Shown here: positions 54,625 through 64,000 of the stretch, piece by piece | How positions within the stretch are numbered: position 1 is the stretch's first letter | How the letters are laid out: each line of letters opens with the position of its first letter | Assembly (NCBI RefSeq): GCF_037042905.1 | Contig: NC_087251.1 | Coordinates: forward strand, 42,100,001-42,164,000 | DNA from: Lytechinus pictus | Lineage: Eukaryota | Reading direction: 5' to 3' | DNA: 64,000 nt | The notes under the pieces: generated by a model | Databases searched by the model: none | Told to the model about the DNA's origin: nothing | What the model saw: only the letters and a program-made list of their open reading frames with translations | Translations under genes and position numbers: made by a program

Positions 54625-55897
54625 CATCAAAGACGTTCATTTATGCTATCAAACTGAGCCATCAGCAGTTTGACAATCTTGCCTGCGGCGTATGAATTCT
54701 AGTAATGGAGGATCAAAAATGTATCATTCCAACATAATAATTATTAATGCCTCAGGCTCATTGGTGAAACTGAGTCCAAGCTGACCAATGGTATGACATT
54801 GGAAAAAACATATATTTGGTCAGTTCAGAGTCACTTTTGTCGATGTAACTGGGGCATCACTTTAAAGTTAAAAGGGACGTTCACCCTGACAAAAAGTTTA
54901 TGGAAAAACAGCAGAAAAGATATAGAAAAAATATTGAAGGTTTGAGGAAAAATCCTCATGGAAAGTTATTAGAAATTCATATTTTTTGTTTATTACGTCC
55001 TATGCTAGTTAAATATTCTATATATCCCTAATATTCTAATAACTTTCTTTATCTTCGATATATTCTATTTCTCAAATCTTCAACAATATCTTTATTACTT
55101 TTTTTGCTATTTCTACAATAATTTTTGTTTTTAATTTCCTTAAAAAAAACGCTATTGAATCATGTATTTTAGCAAGCAGTGAACAGTTTCCTGTCTCTTG
55201 TAAAAAACACAGTTGTTCATTTCAAGCAGTACAATGTTGAAGGGGATTTTCTGAATATATGAGATGATTCAATTTGTCTTTTCAGTCTCTACTCCAGAGC
55301 GAGCATCGAGGGCCTTAACAACACCTGAAATATCAAGAAATGCACAAATGAAGTGCGAGTCCACAAATGCTTAAAATCAAAACCATGTTTTATGCATGAC
55401 CAGAGAGAGATATACAAATCTAAAGTGAAAATCAAACAATAGTCATGAGCTGAATACCAAATAGGAGCTATTGATCTGCACCTTCACCTTGTGACAGCAA
55501 AAATGAAGGAAAAAAAGCGATTTCATGTGAAGAAAACATCCTGATTTCCATGACCAGAAATAAAATCCTAAACTTGGAGATGGGTTGATTGAGTTTGAAA
55601 TTGTGATCAGGTTTGCATCAGCCTGTGTATTTAATAAAAGTGTCCAGTTTAATTAGAAAAAAAAACAGATGTAGAACAAAAGTGTCAGAAACTCTCGGAT
55701 GCAAATGTCACCATCTAATTTTGGAAGTGACTGCATCCTCATTACCTATATAGCAGTTCTATGATATGGTTTGAACAGAATGGATCTTAAAACTGATGAC
55801 ATTATTGATAGGACTATCTCTCTCTCATCTCATTGAGGCAATTAACCATTTGATCCATAGGAATTATAGCGTAGTGGTATCGGTATCCGGGCTACAG

Positions 55898-56510
55898 GAA
55901 AAAGAGTGTCGCTAAGGCGAGCACATAATACGCCCACCTTTAACGCGGAAAATGGAGTTGTTGGTCAAGCAAAAAAAGTGGAAGGCGGCGACTTCACCTT
56001 TGACCTTCTGACCTCAAAATCAATATCATTCCTGGGATCTATGGGTTAGGGTTATCAACCAATCTCTGAGCGGCCAGCGGCCGGCGACCGGCCAATGACC
56101 ACTCGACAGCCTTTGATCCAACGATTTCAATTTTTTACCTAAATCGTTCGACTGCGACCGCTCAATTACGTCGGCGCCCGAACGGCGACCCCCCCGGCAC
56201 CGAACGTATTTGGGGCGGCGAGTGAAAAGTGAGCAGGCGCTGCCAGAATGTTAACTCTGCACTAAATCTTAAGCGGTGACCGAGCGATGCCCAAAAAAGG
56301 ATAAGATGAAAACATGTCACTTGACCTTTGACCTTTTGACCTCAAAATCTACAGGCTTCCGGGGGATCCATGCCTATTATCATGCACACCAAATTATATG
56401 AGCCTAGGTTAAGTTAAACTGAAGTTATGGCGTGTACAAGGAAAAGTTAACGGACGGACGGAAACCGAGCGTGATACCATTATATGTCCCGTAGGACGGG
56501 TGTATAAAAA
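55898..56510. mobile_element. Helentron/HINE-like element with a nested GC-rich insertion (~56065-56300)
   Basis: AAGAGTGTCGC..GCGAGCAC left end, TGACCTTTGACC motifs, (ACGG)n, terminal hairpin GTCC..GGAC followed by an A-run. Confidence 0.5.
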
Positions 56511-56637
56511 GAGGTATTTGGTAGTTGAATTGTTACAAAAATGATGCTTTAATGATAACAACTGTATAGAGCCTTGTCCAGAAGAAATGATGAAGATCGC
56601 TTCATCACATTATGATCTCAGCTTTTTGTGTAAACAT

Positions 56638-56870
56638 ATACTGTTAAAAACAAATTGAACAACACTGTTTACTATGTGAACCGCACAGTAGTTGTTTAAA
56701 CAGTTTAAACAAGTGTTTAACATCTTAAACAAAGTTTTAATTCAAATATCTAATCATCAACAGTTTCAGCATGGTTGTTTAAGATTTTAAGCACTTGTTT
56801 AAACTGTTTAAACAACTACTGTGCGATTCACATAGTAGACAGCGTTGTTTAAATTATATTTAACAGTGTA
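56638..56870. mobile_element. Palindromic foldback MITE
   Basis: About 95-bp inverted arms (ACTATGTGAACCGCACAGTAGTTGTTTAAACAGTTTAAACAAGTG and its complement); TA flanks. Confidence 0.8.
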
Positions 56871-58138
56871 TAGGTCTACTATAATCGATTGACTTGTCCT
56901 GTGATCATTACAGTCAAAGTAAATTCAATGACAAAGAAAAGAGGAAATAATAAATGAAGTATCCTCAAACTTACATATGATTCTGAAGTAAGGAATGAAA
57001 GAATGGTCTGGAAATAATCCTCTATAGACTGAATTCATAAAAGAGATTTAAACCATGGATATAGAAGTTTATGTTTAACCCTTTGCGCGCTGATGTTGCA
57101 ATTTTGCAAATTCGTACAATTAAATCCAACAATCGTAATAATTAGTTTTCTCCCCTAACTTCAAATTAGATAATTAATTAAAGGCAATAGTTTTTGGATG
57201 ACATCTATATACTAATAATAAGTATCAATGGTGCAATATGGATATCTTGAATTAAAGAAAATAACATGGAAACAATTGTCATTATTATCCCCAAAAATAT
57301 TATTTCAGCATGCAAAGATTTAAACTATGGGGGGTACGTTGCAAATGCAGATTTGTGTTTACTCCAGTAAAGGTTCACTGAGAAATGTCCAATAATTAAT
57401 GCACACTTTTGCAAAGGGTGCTGCATTTATTATACCTGAAATCTGTATACTCCATGGTTTTATACCGTCTCCTGGTTTACACCTCGTTTTTTTTTTTTTC
57501 TGGCCGATACGTTTATTTTCATATTCAATATATCAAAACATATGTCATTACTTATTAATCATATTCAGAATTTCACTCCATAAAAGAGATCAGCGAGAAC
57601 CCACACCTGCGGTGAAACTAAAAACAGCTGTCGAAAATGGGCAACATAGGATCAAATTTCATACTATTGGCATGAAAGAGGCTTGAAATTGCAACCATAG
57701 CAAGTTATGAAAGTGATGAACTTCACATACCAAGCCACCTGTTTCTTGGTATCAGTAGGATACTAATCACTTCTCAGCGGTAGACAGATCTTAGGGTATA
57801 TACTCTTTGACCTAACCCTTTCCTACAAACATCATAAACACATCTTGATACCATATTGCATCAAATCTGGACTTTGTTTGGTGTATTTGAAGGATGGGAC
57901 TTGTTTTGAGCAAGTGCTGTTCTCTGTTGTCATACCAAGTAAAATAATGATATTCATAATGATAATAATGATAACAATATGCAATGTTATATCGTACTTG
58001 TATCATGTATAATAGAGCTGCATACTAGGGCATATATATATATATATTATATATATACTCTTGATCTCAAATATAATTATGAAGGAGACCTGTACACGAA
58101 CATCGCCAAGATTGATCACACTCATATATATATATATA

Positions 58139-58931
58139 CAGTGTGTCCCACAAAAAACGAAACAGAGATTTATCCATGATTTATCATATCTTAATCATGA
58201 ATACAATAGACAAATGACCTATCATTGTAAAGCTTCGAATCTCCTCTTTCATCTGAAATTACTTAGATTATTCCTCATTCACATACGAGTGAGCAAAAAC
58301 AATTTGAAGGATACCAAAAACTCATTTGGCGGGGGGGGGGGGGGTATTTGAATTTCAAAGAGAAATTCACATGCCTAAAATGTTCAATATCTGTTCTTTT
58401 ATTTGATACCTTAATCACAGAAAATGAATCAGAAGAGTTCTGTTCCCTCAAAACAATGCTTGTATTTCCATAATTTCATTTAACAAACGTGTTTTCCCCG
58501 GTTTCCACAGAAGCTATCACACGGCTAACAAAAGACTTAATGCATTGAGTGAGTCTGAACGCTAGCCTGTAAAACCTGTTCATTTTATGAAATTATTGAA
58601 ATTCAAGCCTTATTTCAAATAACCAGAACTTTGTTCTTTCTTGACCATTATCTGTAATTGAGGTATCAAATTAAAGAGCAGATACTGAACTTTTTGAAAT
58701 TGTGGTTTTCTTTTTGAAACCCAGATACAGCCCGCCAAGTGACTTTTTGGTATCCCCTCTTCAAATTGTTTTTGCTCACTCATGCGTAAATGAAAAATAA
58801 TCTTAAGTAATTCTAGATGAAAGAGGAGATTCTAAGCTTTACAATGGTAGGTCATTTGTCTATTGTATTTGTGATTAAGTTATGATAAATCATTGATAAA
58901 TCTTGGTTTCGTTTTTTTGTGGGACGCACTG
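58139..58931. mobile_element. Tc1/mariner-like foldback MITE, second copy, inverted relative to 22755-23574
   Basis: CAGTGTGTCCCACAAAAAACGAAAC / GTTTCGTTTTTTGTGGGACGCACTG, inserted in a (TA)n context. Confidence 0.88.
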
Positions 58932-61489
58932 ATATATGCTGTGAAGTGTACCTACGTTTCAAGTAAATAAATAAGTGTTTGGTACTGCAAAATCGTACAA
59001 TAGCCTTAAAAACTTCTGAAAAGCTTCAATATGTCAGTTTTTAAGGCTACTGTACAATCTTGCGGTACTAAACCCATTCACATCACCTGGGTTGGGTGCA
59101 GCAAAATGTGGGTAAAAACACCATGTCTGGGATTCTAACCCATGACCCTCTGACTGAAAGAGGAGAGTCGGAACCACTAGATCACGACAACCCCCACGTA
59201 TCATTAAGAAGCTCCATGGAAAACCAAGTAATACAAAACAGAAGGGGAAAAGGAGTAGGTATCATCTATGCATCTTCACAATCCAAATTCCATTAGGATA
59301 TCAAAGTCACATGAATCTAGATCTTTATTTAATGACGAGAACCTTTCAAAGGAATGAAACTTGCGGTTACTCTGTTTCAAATACGGAAGATAATGCCACC
59401 CGAGTAATCTCTCCAAAGCTTCTTTTTTTATCAGATTAGTGATGAGTTATCGGCTTTTGTGATCTATCCCTTCTAAAGTAGATGTGGAATGAGAAATAGT
59501 CAAGAGTTTGTGAGTAGGGGTGGTAGGAATTCTATCTAGCCAGATTAAGAGGTAGACCTAGTTTCACACAAATTGTCCACTTCTTTTGGGGGGGGGGGTA
59601 AAAAAATGATTTTTTTTTTTCGTACAAAGTCTTGTGGTAGGCGATATCCCCATTCAAAAAGTAAAACTTGCCTTCTTCAAAAAAAGCAAAAACAAGTTAA
59701 AGAGCGTAGCTTCTCTTGATTTTTACAGGCACAAATTTACAGAAAGGTTGCCAATTTAGTCAAATCAGTTTGTTTTATTGCCCATCACTGGCAATTGGCC
59801 GCCTTTGAATTCAACCAGGGATCAATTAGATGTCTTAGTTTCAGGCTATGGACAAATTTATTTCTCATTCAACTGTAATTTGCCCTTCCTCAGAAAACAA
59901 TCTGAAATTGATGAAACATATCTCCCAGGCTGAGCTATGTTGAATAACAAGTTGATTACTTCTCTTCTGTAAATTGTGTTGAGTAGCTTGAAGACATTAT
60001 CACTTATCTCACCCCCTCACAAAATTGGAGGAAAATTGAAGGCGGTAAAGACGGGAAGAGGGCCGTATGAGAATAGATTGGAATAGATATGGAATTGGAA
60101 AGAAATGGACAACATGCAGCAAAACACCATGAAAGTGGTAAAAATAGATAGGGTTTTAGGAGGGGTGAAAAGGAAAAGACAGAAAAAAAATCAAGAACCC
60201 GTTTTTGATAGGAGATTCATGGTTACATTAATCAAATAAAGCAGAATTAAAAAACAGCCCCACACATGTAAAAGTGTTTAAGATCTTACATAGAAATACA
60301 AAATATATAAATAGGCTACCTTTCATATTAATTTTTCATCTAAAATTGATTGTGACTTATCTAAGTAATCTGAAATCTGTTTACAAATTAGTATACACAT
60401 TTGTGCAGTTTTCCGGGCTAACTTTTGATTCTTTTCCTAACTTGACAACCCATTACTTACTGCCAAAAGGGACATTTTATAAGCTCTTTGTAAAGACTGA
60501 AGGACTGAAGCAGGTTCAATAGTATTCTCATTTAGAATAACACCAGATGCTCCCTCGCATAGATATTTTGCAGATAATGGTTGTCAGATTTGATATTGTA
60601 ATTAAGGTAAATGTGTCATCACAAATTATATTTTAAGCAAAAAAGAAAAACCTTGCATGCATAGTTTTAGTGTCATCAAACAGCCATACATAGCCAAAAC
60701 CCACGAAGGTTATCAGTTGTATCTATTGGAAGGTTTTGAAATTGCTGTAGTGTTGTGAAAGTTACTGCATCCCCCAATATCACCATTGGGAGCAATCAAA
60801 GTTTAATAATGTGTCTTAGCCGTCCGTCCATCCACATGAATTTTCTTTAGAGTTTCATGCCTTTTCTTACTTTGTCCTGGGAATCGTTAGTGGGTTTTTG
60901 TTGATGATGCTTATGCTCACAAACTCATTCACTCTTCATTTCCTGCGCATAATTAAAGTATTTCCCCCATTTTACACATTAAATTGATCATTTAATGAAA
61001 TTAATGTGGACATGGTCTAGAGGTGCTGAATGCAAAATGCAAACAATGAGCTTTTTTTTTTAAAGAAGAAAATTATTCAGCTTTTTTAATCAAAACATTT
61101 CAGCAGGAAAAAATATTGATGTAACTGTAGCTATTTTTATGGGAGATCATCATTTATTACTGTATGAATTTCCATGATTGTCTTGATTTTATTTGTTTAA
61201 TGCACAATTTCAATTTTCATACAATTTCTTGAAGAGAATATTGTTGATATTTTTTGTGGATCAAGTGGTAATCTATATTTTTTTGTTAATGATGGGGCTT
61301 TAAGATTGTGTTTTTCAACAGGAAGCGTTTCCAAATGGGCTTGCCCCCCCCCCTTGTTCCAACCCTTATATATATATAGGCCTATTATTATCTTTATTGA
61401 GATATTTTATAAAACATATTATTAAATGAAATGTATAATTAATTTTCTCCTAAACAGTTGTATTTCTTTTAACATAATCAGATAATTAT

Positions 61490-62030
61490 ATAATATTGAC
61501 TGGTCTTGAGGGGAACATCAAATATATTGCCAGCAAAAGAATCATATTGGCCCGAGTCTTTAGACGAGGGCAATATGGGTCTTTTAAGGGCAATATATTT
61601 GATGTTCCCCGAAAGAAGGGCAGTCAATATTTTTATTATCATCCAAATCAGATATCTAGAGCAAAAATCATGATAACAGTGATATATTTTAAGAATAGAG
61701 TTCTGTTGTGTCATGATAATATCAGTGTCTAGGCTCTGCACTTTACCATTATGACGTACTTGCAAGCGCCCAGATCCAGCGTTGTCTTTATTATGACGTA
61801 GATCGTTGGTGCGCGGAACATTATGAAGCGTATCACTTCATTCGCATCCTCAAAGGCCCGGATGTGAGACCAGGGAAAATACAAAGGTATATTTTGCGTC
61901 GTCTCTGCATGCAAAGTCAATACGCGCATTGAGACCGAGGAAAATACAAACAATATACCTATCCCTTCCTGATAATAATAAAATACGGTTTTGTAAATGA
62001 CCAGCTCAGATGTCTGATACGGATGATAAT
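61490..62030. mobile_element. Palindromic repeat (61490-61632) plus an adjacent TIR-bounded segment
   Basis: AATATTGACTG..GGGAACATCAAATATATTGCC / GGCAATATATTTGATGTTCCC..CAGTCAATATT; ATTATCATCC..ATCAGA / TCTGAT..GGATGATAAT. Confidence 0.65.
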
Positions 62031-62973
62031 TTCCTATATGTCTATCCTTGTGATTCAGCTCATAAAACCATGGTTAAATTGATGGCACATTTGTTAAATC
62101 CAAATGGATAAATTGGTTGGATGGATAGGATTTAATTGTCAATCATATTGAATAGGAGTAATCTCATAATGAATAAACATATTGAAAATTAAAGAGGTCA
62201 TTGAAAAAAAAACCTAACACTTAACGACTCATTCTACTTTATTCTCTGCGAAAAAAAAAAATCTATTATACAGAGTATACTATCAGATGATCAAATCAAA
62301 TGATATCAGTAGCTTTGAACTGTTATTGCAAATTTGTTATTATAACAAGTTTTGTGAAATGGGCCCCTGATTCAACATGAAATGAAATAGTAATTACCAC
62401 AAGCAGGCAGCCTTGAGATGACAAATACACAGACCACATTACACGAGTGTTCCTCTAACGATGAGGCCCAAAGCTCATTGGGGAATAGCCTATATTTAAA
62501 TCCGATGTATTATACATTTTAATCACATCTCATGTTCGTCCCAACTGAATTTCATCTTGGAAACGAGACTGCTTTACATGATGGGATACATGATTGTGAG
62601 GCTACCGTTCCCACAAGACGCTACCCGATACAACAGTCGTCAGTTTTAGATGTGAGCCGGTATGCAGAGCCCACTAAACGCAGCGCTAAACCAATGTGTG
62701 CACTTGTAATGGATACGTCTCTCCCGCATGCAAGATCAGATTTAATAGAGCGAAGGAGTGATCTGGCATTAAGTCGGTTTCCTATCTTGACATCATTGAT
62801 GGAGAGAGTAAACAGGTATTGAGTGAAGGAGATGAGAAAGGCCATTAACCAATCCTATTCCAGCCAAACGCTTACTTGAAAACCAAGAACTTCATGAAGT
62901 TACATACTCGCTTTTAACCTGAATCATGACAGCCCACAAATTGCAGATAAGTAATAACTGCAGCGTATGCAGT

Positions 62974-63200
62974 AGGAGGTTTCAAACCGCCTCGATCACA
63001 AGAATCCCCATTAAATTACCAGGACTTTTTCAGGCTAAAAAATACCTGTTAATTATTCCCATATTTCATAAGTGCCTGAAGTTACAAGCATGCGCAGTAT
63101 GGTCTGATAAGCAGGCAAGGAGCGAGATTCAAAATCGCTAGCTCAGCAGCCAACCATGGGGCCCACGTCCAACTACACGCTGGGCTAAGAAAGTGCCTGT
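62974..63200 (+). mobile_element. Truncated copy of the 19190-19650 MITE family
   Basis: Shares GGTTTCAAACCGCCT and GCATGCGCAGTATGGTCTGATAAGCA..CAAGG with 19190-19650. Confidence 0.75.
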
Positions 63201-64000
63201 AATCATGGACCTATCACAAATGGACATTCAACGAATCCCCTCCTTTGGGCCAAAGACCGTCACCGCTAATCCTTTTATAAACAGAGCGCTGGCAGCTGAC
63301 GCCCATCAAGCCGGTCGTAAAACACGCTCTCACTGATGGACAGCGGAAATCAATTGTACGCTGCTCCTACCCATTGCGATGTTGTTCGTTCACTTTATCA
63401 AAAGCAACGCACATCAGCGAACGTTAGCGCTATGAAAATGATAGCAGAAACAAGAAAACAGGCGTGCATAAACGTATTTATTACGTACATCGCGAACAAC
63501 CGCAAATGAAATACATTGACATCACCTTGCAGATCAGTATATCTACGGCAAAAAAACAGTTGAAATTCGACGAAAAAATCTGCGGAAAAACGTTAAAAAT
63601 TCATCTTTTTCGGACAGTATTGATGTCGATAGTAGCGCTTACCTTCGGTCAGAAGTTGATTTTCATTTGGGCATAGAATTCCACAGGATTGATGAAATTT
63701 AACAGGATTTTTTTTTATGGTCAGACGACAATCGCACATTATAGACAGCCTAAAATAATGTACTGAAAAACCGGATATGAATTGCGCATTGCATTCTAGG
63801 TAATGTAGGGACTTTCCCTATTGGCAATCGGGGCTACAACATGACCGTCTTTGGTCGAAAGAGGGCCAGTGATCGATCGGTGACGATCATTGGCCGAAAG
63901 GATCTTGTGTAAACAATCTCCCCGGGCGGTCGTCGTAAAAACCGCGTAAAGAGAAAGTTAAGGGTTAGACAGCAATTTTGACAGCTGGAAACAGGTGGTG

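Noticed and set aside
51108..55325. Upstream DXH-motif exon candidates near 51200 and 55320
   Set aside because: Translations hit stop codons and show no FLDSHCE/WLEPL similarity.

Overview
AT-rich eukaryotic genomic DNA, probably from a sea urchin or other echinoderm (inferred from poly-G MITEs, SINE types and intron scale). It contains the 3' half of a minus-strand polypeptide N-acetylgalactosaminyltransferase gene (GALNT2/14/16 subfamily, GT27 catalytic domain plus ricin-B lectin domain). Eight constitutive exons (25993 down to the stop at 6990) splice in frame with GT-AG sites. Upstream of them are two homologous 88-nt exons (43969-44056 and 48134-48221) that look like a mutually exclusive pair swapping part of the acceptor-peptide groove. 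The downstream copy is preceded by about 1.3 kb of intron with only one AG dinucleotide on the sense strand, ending at a CTAAC/polypyrimidine block, which suggests an extremely distant branch point. I found no 5' exons (DXH motif, stem, TM) in the window. The left end holds a probable last exon and 3' UTR of a convergent plus-strand gene. Introns are full of non-autonomous DNA transposons (Kolobok-, hAT-, Harbinger-, Tc1/mariner- and Helentron-like), tRNA-derived SINEs, a 177-bp higher-order minisatellite and a ~0.9-kb (CAT/CAC)n tract. Almost all ORFs in the supplied track are spurious.
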